From positions 480,001 to 544,000 of the forward strand of contig JBGAHS010000004.1 of assembly GCA_044226015.1 (NCBI GenBank): 64,000 nt of DNA, written 5' to 3'. Shown one piece after another: positions 1-12,000 of the stretch. The position numbers and the translations under genes were made by a program. The first letter of the stretch is position 1. Every line of letters starts with the position of its first letter. Under the pieces are notes generated by a model. It was not told the DNA's origin and did no database searches. It worked only from the letters and a program-made list of their open reading frames with translations. This stretch comes from Candidatus Obscuribacteraceae bacterium. GTDB lineage: Bacteria; Cyanobacteriota; Vampirovibrionia; Obscuribacterales; Obscuribacteraceae.

Positions 1-3000
1 CGGTGCTCAACTTGCCGATGGTGAGGCTGTTATTACCCGTAAGAGTGAAGCTGCCTCCAGAGCCAGAGCTGGCGAGCGTTCCAGCAATTGAGTCTGAAAG
101 GTTGACGACGCCAGTGCCACTGGTGTTAGCCGAGAGTAGTGGCGTTTTGGTTGAGATAGCTGTTGTGACGGTTGTACCTGCACCGATGTTTCCGCTTCCA
201 GAAGTAAGCGTGATGCTCTGTTTGCCCGAGATGATGACGCTGCTCTTCGCTGTGCTAATATTTCCAGAGCCCCCGGCATTGACTGTCACTACAGTGGTGT
301 TTGTGCCACCGAGATTTGCATTAATAGCGATTGTGCCGTTGTTGCCTGTGGCCAATGATATGGCTTTGGCGGCTGTTATCGGCTTGGATATTGTCAGACT
401 TCCTTGTGTCACAAGTCTGACTTCAGATTTGCTGGCGGAGCCAGCGATAGTCAGGGGAGCAGTACTTGCGTTGTCTATGTTGACTGAACCTGAAGTTGTC
501 GGAGTGATCGAACCTGAGGTTACTCGAAGCGCTACAGGGCTTGTTCCGACAAGTCCGATGCTTCCAGATGTGCTCTTCAATACGATGGAGCTGCCGGTTA
601 TTCTATCAAGTCCACTTGCAAATTGATTGAATATGGACCCCTTGCCACCTGCTGTGAGGGAGACGCTTCCTGTTGCAGCTTGAGCTGTGATGTTGCCACC
701 GATTGCGATGTTAGCGTTGGAACCACTGGTCAACTTCACGCTTCCTGCAGTAATGTCACCGGTGCTTGTGATGCTGCCTGTATTTACCAGGGTGAATGTG
801 CTGGCGCTGGAAGCCTTCGATGCCCCCAAGGTGAGCGCTGTAGATGTGTTGGAAATGTTTGCGACCTGCCCAGCTATGACAGCCAGGTTATTGGCTGTGG
901 TCTTGAAGGCTGTGGTCGTGGTGCCGATGCTGCCCGTGGTGGCTTCAAGAGTTAGCTTGTTAGAGCTTAACAAAGCTGCGTTCGACTTCGTGATGTTGCC
1001 TTGAGCTTTCAGGCTGACTGATGTTGTACCGGTCTTGCCGATGCTCGAATTGATGATGATATCCCCAGCCCCTGCTTCGAAAGTCAGGTTGCTTACTGCG
1101 TTTAGTGCAGGATTGTTTGCTGGTCCTCTGACTGTTGTGCTCAGTGTCACGCCTCCGGAAAGGTTCTTCACTGTGATGCTGCCATTTCCTGCGTTGCCTG
1201 CAACACTTAGCACCCCGTAAGTTCCGTTATTAGCCGGTAATGTTGCTTGCAATATCACGAACGGAGTTGTGCTATTGGATTGCAAGTTGATTGTTCCGCC
1301 AACAGCGCTTCCCTTCGCCGCAGCGCTGAGATTGCCAGTGACAATGAGAGGGCTGTTGGCAAGGAGATTGCCAGCCAGAAGGTTTATGGTCGCTCCGGCT
1401 CCGCTTGTTCCGAGTGGGCCAGCAGATATGTTCTCTGGCGCCACCGTGAGCGCTCCGCCGGTCGACACGGTGACAGTGCCACCATTACCTCCCGTGGTGC
1501 CACTGCTCGCCGCTATGTTCAGGCTGTTGCTGCCACTACCCACGGTGAGTGGAGAAGTGCTTGTCGTGATATAGCTGATTAAACCACCGTTTCCACTGTT
1601 GCCTCCGTTAGCGGTAAGTGTCAGTGGAAGTGTGCCACTGTTTTGGTAGGTGACGTTTGGCGCAGTGATTTCGACGCTGCCACCATTTCCAATACCGACA
1701 CCGTTTTCGGTTATAGAGCTGGTGTTGATATTAAGGATGGCGTTGCTCAAAACTGTTCCAGCATTTAAGGAGAGTTTTCCGCCGTCACCATTGTTGCCGG
1801 AGGGAACTATGTTCAGCTGAGTTGGGTCAAAGTTGAGGCTGCCACCTGTAGAAACAACAGCTGTACCGCCGTTGCCTGCGTTGGACCCTACGGAACCGCC
1901 TGTAGCATTGATGATGATGTTACCTGCAAGTTTACCTATGGAGAAGGTTGCCGTTCCGCTGGTGACAAAGCTGACCTTACCGCCGTTGCCTGTACCTGTG
2001 GCATTGGCGGAGAGAACCAATGCTGACAGACCGCTGCCGGTGTAGGTCAAGGTCGCCGAGTTCAGAGAGATTGAACCGCCGTTTCCGCTGCTATCTGGAA
2101 CCACACTAATCGAGCTATTTGAAAGAGCGATATTGCCATTTAGTGCTTTGAAATCAATCGAGTTTGCAATTGCGGAGTTTACCGCGACATCCAGATTTCC
2201 GTTGAGTGATTCAACTACGATGTGCGGCGCATTAATTTGTGCACCGCCACCACTCTTGGTGTTGGTGCCTGAAGGATTCAATGCAACAAGGCTGAACACA
2301 TTCCCAGAACTGTTTGAGAGCACGCCGGAGTTAACCAGGTTGATGTCCGTATTAGCAGAATCGTATAGGTAGACACTTGCATTGTTGGCAGCTGATGCCG
2401 TCAGGGTAGTAGCTGTAATGTTGAGTGGCTGTGATTTAGAACCGATGTCACCACCTGCAGTGTTGACTACAAGTACGGGGGCATCGAGGATGGAATTGTT
2501 GTCGCCCTGCGCAACCCCTAGAGAACCCGCACTGATTGTCAATGTCGAGGACTTGAGAGACACCGATTTGCCGATGGCTAGTCCGCCGCTTGCGCCGCTT
2601 GTAAGCGCGACTGGACCAGCTGAAATGTTTGACTTGTCGTTAATTGTGATGTTGCCAGCTGCTCCAGTAGTAGCCGTGACAGATGCAGAGCCGGCGCTGA
2701 TACCGCTAAGAACTATATTGCCGCTGAATGTCGTAGGAGTAGGCTGAACGAAACCACCACCTGTGAAGTTACCGTTTTGATCGCTAATTGTACCGATGAT
2801 TTCTGGAGTGGCTGCGCTGACTGATATGGAACCATCTGTACTACCAGTCGTTGTGATGGCACCGAGAGTAGCCCCACCTTGTGCTACAACTGTCACGCTG
2901 CCAGCAGCTCCGCCTATTCCTGTATTTGATGTATCGATTGAACCTAGTGTGACAGAACCATTGTTTTGCGAACCTGCGTGGGCTGCTGCAAGCACGCTGC

Positions 3001-6000
3001 CCGAGTTCGCTCCGTCAACACTTGTGCCTGTTTTGATAGTTGCGGACCCCAGGCTGATAGAACCACCAGCTGCATTGGGATTGTTAGCTATGGCGTATAC
3101 GGCTCCGCTTGGTCCAACCTGTCCACCAGTCGCGGGGCTGAAGTTGAATCCAGCAAGAACGCTGAGTGTGCCGCCCTTGCCCAGGTTAACCGACGAACTG
3201 GAGTTCGAGAGATCTATTAGAATGCCTAAAGGGTTTGTGACAAGCACATTGTTTGAGGCGATGATTGCAAGGGATTGACCCTGGAAAATCAAGTCGCTAG
3301 AAAGGAGCACGTCGCCTTGCGAGTTAGCTATGGTACCGGCTCCGCTTGGACTATTGAAGATCAACGGATTGCCTATCAGTACCCCATTCAAAATCAAGTC
3401 GTTTGACAGTACTGTTACTGCCTGAAATCCTTGAATGGTTACTCCAGAATTGACCTGCACAACCTGTCCAAGTCCAGTGGAAGCATCCATTACGGTGTTG
3501 CCGAAGAAGTTTTGATTCCCGGTGAATATGATGTCGTTGTTGCTTGCTGCGCTCGTGCCGACAGCGCTGAGTGTGATCTCAGCGAGTCCGCCACCAGTGA
3601 CCTGCATGGCTCCAGGTGTCGGACCACCAGCGTTTCCGATGAAAAGAGACTGATCGTTAGAACTGGCTATCGCGATGTGTCCGTCAGCTGCTGTGGAAAC
3701 GAGCGTACCGCCGTTCTTGATTGTGAGCGGGCTGAAGCTCAGCCCATTGATTTCGATATTGGCTGCTGTGAATGTTGTTCCAGCCGGGTTTGTAAAATCG
3801 CTAGTATTGAATACTGCCGTGCCGGCAAAATTGCTTGCAGCACCTATAACGATTTTGCTTGCGTCTAAGACCAAGTTGTTACCGGTGGAAGCAAGCAAGG
3901 TCGTTGTACCAGCACCAGTATCATTGATGGCAATGCTTCCCTGCGTATTGGCTTTGATAGTTTGAGCATTTGTGTTGAGAGGGAAGATGGAGTCACCAAA
4001 ATCTCCGCTCACTGCCGTCAGGGTCAAGTCATTGGCAAGAATAGAACCGAATCCCTGCGCCGTGCCTTTGCCACTCAGGTTCAATGAGACTGCCAGGGCA
4101 TTTGTTGTTGGTCCTCCAGTTCCATTAATACTTCCATTAATGATGATGTCGCCATCATTTAGTGTTGCAAGATTCACATAATTCGCGCTTATTCCAGAAA
4201 AACCTGGAATGGACAGGTCGCCCGTTGTAGTGAGGTTGAAGTTATTACCCGTCGAACTGTTAAGAACAGTGAGTCCTGAGAGCGCGAGAACAAACACGTT
4301 ACCACTGGTATTGGCCGATATTGTAGGCGATAAAAGGGTTATCGGGTTGGTAGTCGTACCAATGACTCCACTGTTCGACTGCACGCTGATAGCAGACCCT
4401 GCAGTGCTAATGACGCCGGTTGTTTGAGTTATAGAGCCTACCCCGTCTGCTATGACTGAGACCCCAGTGTTTGCTGTGTTGGAATCTGTTGCACTTACGT
4501 TTGCGCTGATGATGATATTGCCGTTGGAACCTGGTACGGTTGTCAGCAAGACGTTGAGTCCGCTTACAGAAGCACTCACATCAATGTTTCCCTGTGCTGA
4601 TAAGTTAACTGTGTCGCTGCTGCTGACTGGGTTGTTGACTTTCAGTGTGCCCTTACTACTAGCTGTGACGCTACCGGATGCGTTGACGGTGCCACCGATG
4701 GTGATGCTACCACTCGTGTTGACAGATATCTGTCCACCCGCATCGAGTGTGCCAGTCGTTGATATGTTGTTGTCAGCGACAAGTGTGATTCCTGTGCTGG
4801 ATTTTGTAGTGCCTCCAAGGTTAATGCTGCCGCTGCTTCCAGCTTGAGTTGTCAGGCTCAGAGCTGACCCGCTCAAATCACTAGTGACCAGGATGTTGCC
4901 TTTTGCGTCGACGCTGACGATACCAGTTCCCACGATTGGTCCGGCAAGCACTGCTCCACCGCTGTTTCCGGAGTTCTTCAGGTTGATGTCCACACCCTTG
5001 ATGCTACCTGTGGTGGTGATACCATTGTCAGACTGGATGGAAACAGTGCCGCTAGAGCTGAGGGTTCCAGCGAGAGTCACACTACCGCTGGATCCTGTTG
5101 CAGTGCTGATTGAAATGCTGCTGCCGCTAACGTTGCTAGAAGATGATAGGCTTCCTTTGCCTGCCGCAGTGATGGATCCCTTGCTGGCTGATAGAGGACC
5201 ACCCAGAGTCAGGCTGCCGCTGCTGCCTAAGTTCTGAAGCAGTATGTTCCCTGCCGAACTCTGTATGCTTCCTGATGTGACAATGCTGTTGTCAGAAGAA
5301 ATTGTAACGTCCGCCGACCCACTGACGGTGCCGTCTATCTGTATGCTACCGCTGCTGCCTGGGCTCGTGCTCAGTGTGACCGTGGCACCATTGATGGTGC
5401 TTGCGGTTGTGAGCGCTCCCTTGCTTGTGATATTGACTGCGCCGCTTCCTGTGATCGGACCTCCGATCTTGCTTGTGCCGCTAGTGCCAGTGTTGGCAAT
5501 AGTGATCGCCGTGCCGACTATGCTGCCAGAGGTACTTATACTGCTGTCCGAGAGAATGTTTATAGCAGCTGTCGAATTGAGCGTGCCCCCCAGGTCGACG
5601 CTACCACTCGAACCCGCACTGGTTTGAAGTGATATACCATTGCCATTTATGCTACTGATAGAACTGATGTTGCCTTTCGCCATGACTGACACCAAACCGG
5701 TACCAGTAATGGTGCCCCCGATACTGACGAAGCCGTTGCTTCCCGTGTTAGTCATCGTGATGTTGCTGCCAGTAACTGTGCTAGTCGTACTTATGTTTCC
5801 GTCTGAGTTTACGATGATGTCTCCAACGCTGGTCAATGGACCACCAATACTCAGGCTTCCTGCGGAACCTGCAGCTGTCACCAGAGATATGGTCTGTCCA
5901 TCAATACTGCTGCTTGTGCTGAGTTTGCCTGCTGCTTGCACGCTGACTGCACCGTTGCCTGAAATTTTGTTGGTGACATCGACAGCACCATCATTATCAA

Positions 6001-9000
6001 TCGATATTGCATTACCGGCAATTTGTCCTGAAATGGTGAGGGTGCTTGCTTGACCTTTATATACGATCGAACTGTTGTTAATACCCGAGGACAAACCATT
6101 GATAGTCACTGGACCTGAATTTAGATCATTGATGTAGACGCCGCCGCCAACAGTCAAATTACCGGTGCTGGCTTTGAGGGTGGAAGCATTTATTTGCAGA
6201 GGGTTGGCTTTAGTACCGAAGCTACCCGTGCCGGAACTGAGCTGGAGGGCGGTGGCTGAGATAGTCGGCGCTCCCTGGAACAGATCAGTAAGTGAACCTG
6301 TGCCGTTTGCATTAATGACTACCTTCTGTGAGTCACCGCCGTTCAGTCCTGCGATCGCAGCTGCAAGAACAAAACTGCCATTGCTTGTTGATTTGAACGT
6401 GACGTCGTTAGCTGCCAGTGCGCCAGCAAGAGTCACTGTGGAGCCGAGGCTCGTGGAAGTAAGCTGGAATATGTTGCCCGAGGAAGCTCCAAGACTTACG
6501 GTTTTTGTGCTTGTGGCAAGATATACGTCGCCTGTGGAATTGGCGGAAATGAGAGCTGCGTTGCTGCTTATTGGAGTGCCAGCAGTGCCGATGCCACCAG
6601 TTCCTGAACTGAGGGTCACTTCGCTAGCGGTGATGACTACTCCAGGAGAGGACGTTATAGCACCGGTATTACCAGTGGTGACGGTCACGCTCGAAGCACC
6701 GGCGCTGATATTGCCATTTAGCGCAATGTTATTATTGAAAGTTCCGCTTATGGCGCCGAAGCCGCCGGTTAAAATCTTCCCTCCACCAATGACGGTTGTT
6801 CCGAGGGTTTGCGAGTCGGCGGCACTCAAGGAAACTGCACCAGCATATGTTCCTGTGGTCTTAACTGAGCCAACGGTGACGCCATTCTGTCCAATGATAG
6901 TGACCGCACCTGCTATGCCGTTAGTTCCGTTGGCGCTGGCATCAATACTGCCGAGTGTTATGTTGCCACCATGCGCGATAGCAATCAAGTTGCCTGCCGA
7001 GCTTCCGCTTGGCTGAGGCAAGCTAGACAAATTTATACTCACGTTTGCAAGATTGATCGACCCACCGGTTGATGGTCCAGAAATCGTGAAATTGGTGGCA
7101 ACGGGACCTACTTGCCCTGAGGTGGCCGGCGTAAAATTGTAACCAGCGATCATTGTCAGATTACCAGCAAACGCGCCAGATAGATTTATTGAAGTCAAAC
7201 CAGTTCCGTTTATACTGCCCGAAGCCAAAATGGCAAGGTTGCTTCCTGCAAATGTAAGGTTGCTTGGAAGTGTTACGTTGCCACCGGAGTTTGCTATAGT
7301 TCCTGCACTTCCTGGGCTACCGAAAATGAGCGGGTTGCCGATTATTTGTCCTGAACCAACCTGGATGTATTTGGTTGATTGAATCCAGACAAGAGCGTTT
7401 CCTTTTGCGAGCACCTTGTCGTCCACAACAACAGCTTGATTGGCACCAGCTGCTTTCAATATCGTCGAACCATCAAAATTCTGGTTGCCCGCAAAAAGTA
7501 TTGTTGCTGGCGAAGCCGCATTCGAGCTGAGCAGGTTGAAGGTTATCTGTGGTGCGCCGGGTCCGCTGACTTTCAAGAGTCCATTACTGGAGGTTCCGCT
7601 ATCAACCGAGATACTTGAGTTGAGAGACGAGTTTACTGTGATGTTCCCATTGTTGCCTGTTGCCTCGATGACACCGCTTGTTAGCTGGTCTCCTCCGTTG
7701 CTCAGGGTCGTAAGTCCACTTCCATTCCCATTCAGGGTAACGCTAGCTGCAGAAACGTAGTACTGATTGGACAGTCCAACAGCATTGATGAGCAAATCGC
7801 CGCCCACTGTCAAATTGCCTTTTGTTTCCAAAATACCCTGTAAATCAAGGGACAAATTGCCGGTAACCGTTGAAGCGTTTAGTTGAGTGGCACCGTCGGC
7901 GTTCGCCAGAGTGGCGTCGCCTCCGCTGTGCACAGCAACTATGGCAAGTTTGTCTGATGATGAGTAATTTAGATGAATATCGTTTGCTCCTGGAGCTGAG
8001 CTAGTTCCAAGGCTGGAGAAACTCATGTCCTTGGCAAATACTGTCGTGAGGCTGAGTGGGTCAAGCTGGTTGATGCCACCACTGCCGGTGATTGCAGAAT
8101 CGGCTGAGAGAACAACAGTGTTCGCCGTAAGTGTTGAGCTCGCACCAATCGTAATGGCGCCGTTTCCGTTGGAGTCAGCTTTTGTATTCAGTGTGAAGCT
8201 TGCGGCGCTGTTGGTTTGTGGAACTGGAACACCAAGATAATTGATGTCGGAATTTACTATAGAAGTCGGACCCACCGTGGCGATTTTAGCAGTTCCAAGT
8301 GTGTTCGCTGTGAGGTCTATGTTTCCTGTTTTGCTTTGCGCTGCTACGGATATGTTACCGTTCAGTCCGCCAGGCACATCGCCTATGCCTAACTGGAGGG
8401 TTGAAGTCGTTATTGGAAATTGAGTTAGAGGATCTTGCTGACTTACGGACGCCATTGCCTTTGTTGTAGAAAAAGCCACCAGACCCACTGTTCCGGCATC
8501 CACTTTCGAGCCCGCCAAGATCGTAATCGAACCAGCAATCGGAGCATCGGGGTCGGGAGCGCCACCGAAGAAAAGCCCTCCGAGTGGAGCGCTAGTGACA
8601 GTTATATTGAATGCTGGTGCGCTTACGTTGCCTAGCTGAACCGCTCCAGAACCTGAGATCGTCACGTCTACATCAGAACTCAAATTTAGTGTGACTGCAG
8701 ACGAGTCATTGACACCGGAAACAAATGGGATGCCCCCACCGAGTCCTGAACTCGGAGTAAATAGTGTTCGTTCCAAAGGAGTACTGCCGCCCGCAAGCTG
8801 GACGTTCAATAGAGGCGTATGAAAAGCCATATAGCTTGCAAGTTTACCTTCGACTACTGTTAAATCTGCTGAATTTGTGGCTGTCACTTGCAAGACAGTT
8901 GAGGGAGCGAAGGGGCTTCCTGTATCTCCCTCAAGACTTCCAGCATTTACTGTGACGTTTCCGCCAAAGGCTGAAGGAAGCGAGGGGGTGATGAATGGAA

Positions 9001-12000
9001 TCGCAAAAAGGAGTATCATCGAATCGGCGCTCAGGCTTATTTTGCCGTTGTTTCCAGGACCAAATGGTGAGGACGAACCATTTTGACCTGGACCTGAAAG
9101 TATTGGCACTCCAGTACCGCCCTGTCCGCCAGATCCGGTAGTGGCATCACCCCCAGCAGCTGCTGTGATACCGTCATGGGTGCCACCGATACCACCGCCG
9201 GTACTCGACCCGATTCCGCCGGCCGCGCCGGCCGTGTTGTCGCCACCGGCTGAACCACCGAGTCCATCGCTACTCAGGAGAAATCCCGGACCTGTAATTG
9301 TGAGATTCGAGCTACCAACGTACCCTGCGCCGCTTCCGCCCTGGCTCGGTGAGCCTTTAATGCCACCACCACCGCCGCCGCCACCTGAGTAGCCATTGAA
9401 TCCAGTAGATGTGAAAAATCCTGTTTTAAAAGTGCCGCCAGCAGCACCGCCACCGCCGCCGGTGCCGTTGCTCACTGTCAGGTTCACGGCGCTGCCAGCT
9501 CCACCACCACCACCACCATTGCCACCGAAGGCAGCACCGCCACCCCCACCCGATCCACTTCCAAGCACGAATCCCATGCCACCGTCGCCTCCGGCTCCGC
9601 CGTCCATAGCGAAGAGATCAGCATTCAAACTTAAAAAGCCAATCGATGTTTCTCCAGTCATTGGGTAGTTAGTGACTGTTCCATTTGCGTTTATGGTTAT
9701 GCTTCCAGCTTTTCCACCGGCTCCACCCACTCCGCCGGAGCCGAAACCACCACCGCCGCCGCCACCACCACCGCCTGATGAGGATATTGCCAGGGAATTA
9801 GTGGCGAATCCGGAGAACGATCCAATCGCTAATCCGGCAGCATCTATAGTTATGTTGCCGCCATTTCCACCCTTGCCACCATCAAATCCTACGTTGGTAG
9901 AGCCGTAGCCGCCACCGCCTCCACCGCCCGTTGCGAGAATGGTTCCGTTGATTTGAATGAAATTCGCTTGTATGGAGATATTTCCAGCGTTGCCACCATC
10001 TTCGCCATTGGCGCTAGTCGGGCTCATTCCAGCTCTTCCAGAACTCGTCAGGAAACTAAGGGAGATCTTCGATTGGTCGATTGCTTTTCCCGAATTTGTG
10101 ATGGTGCCAATTACTTTTCCTGAACTATCTACACTGAGCAAGCCTGCTGCAGGTGCCTGTGCAAAAATTTGGATATTCCCTGCAACTGCCCCACCAGTGG
10201 ACATATTTGGCAACACAAGCGTCAAGTCATCTGTGGTTGAGTTAGTGAATGTTGTGGTTTTGTGATCTCCCAAAATAAGTATGTTACCGCTTTTAAGATC
10301 ACCAGTCGTATATAAAATTGAAAATAGTGAAAGGGAGTTACCAAAGCTTACGATGCCGCCTGCACCTGTTGAGCTATTGCTCATGGCGACCTGCGTGAAG
10401 TTTCCGCCTCTCGTATTTATCACGCCGTAGCTAGGCGCACTACCAGGACTGAGGATGCTACCGCCAAGTGAGCTCGCCGAACTCAAATCGATTGTAGTGA
10501 GTCCTTTCGAGATGCTGACGTTGGCCCCCGCAATCATTGTAAAGTCCGTGCTTTGACCTTCGCTGTAAATCGCTGAGTAGCTGATGTCACCCGCAGAAAT
10601 GAGTGTGAGATTCTTGCCCGTTGAATTGAGGCTGATCCCCGTATAACTGCCCGTTCCTGAGTCGTAGAGTTTTCCGAGCGTAATTCCTGTCGAGCCTTTT
10701 GAACTGCTTGTACTTAATAGAAAAATATTGTTGCCGTATACAGATGCTGCACCAAGATTGCCTAAGTTCTCTGCAGCACTACCTATAGATAATGAGCCAC
10801 CAGTAACGACGATGTCACCGCCGCTAGCTGCAGAAATTTGCACGTTTTGTCCGTTTACTGGTGAAGAGCCGCCACCGCCACTGCTGCCGCCTGCACCTCC
10901 TACTGAGCTGGATGATAAGCCACCCAACCCTGCTAGTGGAATTGCGAAAAACACTCCACCCAGTCCGGGTTGCAGTGTTGAACCGCTATAATTGCCACCG
11001 TCTCCTCCTGCTTGAAGCCCGGGAATACCAAATCCTATGCCTGTTCCTCCATCGCCACCATCGGCGCCCACTGTCGGGTCAGAACTTACTCCGCCCTTGC
11101 CTGGTCCGAATGCGCCACCACCACCGCCACCATTATTGATGACACCGACTCCTGAGCCACCTGCTCCGCCACCGCCTGCTGCGACGAATGCATCGGGACC
11201 TGTGAGAACTGTGTAGCCCGCACCGCCGCCGCCGCCAGTGCCTGCGACCAGGGCACCTGTGCCACCGCCAGCGCCACCTCCACCGCCGAAGCTACCGCCG
11301 CCACCGCCTCCTCCTGCTACTCCTGTACCTGCCGTACCGCCGGAGCCGCCATTACCTCCAGCTGCCGCGTAGAGCGAGCCTCCGATGAACACGTCGCCTG
11401 TCTGACTCTGGACTGTGATGCTCCCAGCACCACCACCCAGCCCTCCAGGTGCACCGTCGCCTGTAGTGCCTGCTGCGCCACCGCCGCCACCACCTCCTCC
11501 CGAGGTGTTGATGTCGCCTGATACATTTATAGATCCTCCAGCGTTCACGCTGATACTCGAACCTACTCCTCCCTGTCCACCTTTAAAGACTTGTTTGGCG
11601 ACTGTTGTTCCTGCACCACCAGAGCCGCCACCACCGAAGGCTAATAAGCTGCCGTTAACGGTGACGTTTTTGCTGGCTGAAATTGTAATCGGTGCTGCAT
11701 CGCCGCCTGTAGCGCCCGCGCCGCTAGTCGCTGCTGCACCAGCACCTGACGTTGTGATAGTACCCAATACGATGCTCTGGTTACCGACATTAGAACCAGA
11801 TGGTGTTATCGAGCCAGTGATGTTCCCAGTCGCGTCAAAGCTCAATGCCGCCGCTGCTGGTGCCTGGGTGAAAATATCAACCGAGCCTCCAATTCCTGCC
11901 GATGCCGTTGAGATTTTGCCCAGCGATATTGAAGTTCCGCCACTTGTCGAATTAGCCAGAACCAGAACGGATGAACTAATGCTGCCAGGACTGCTCGCAT

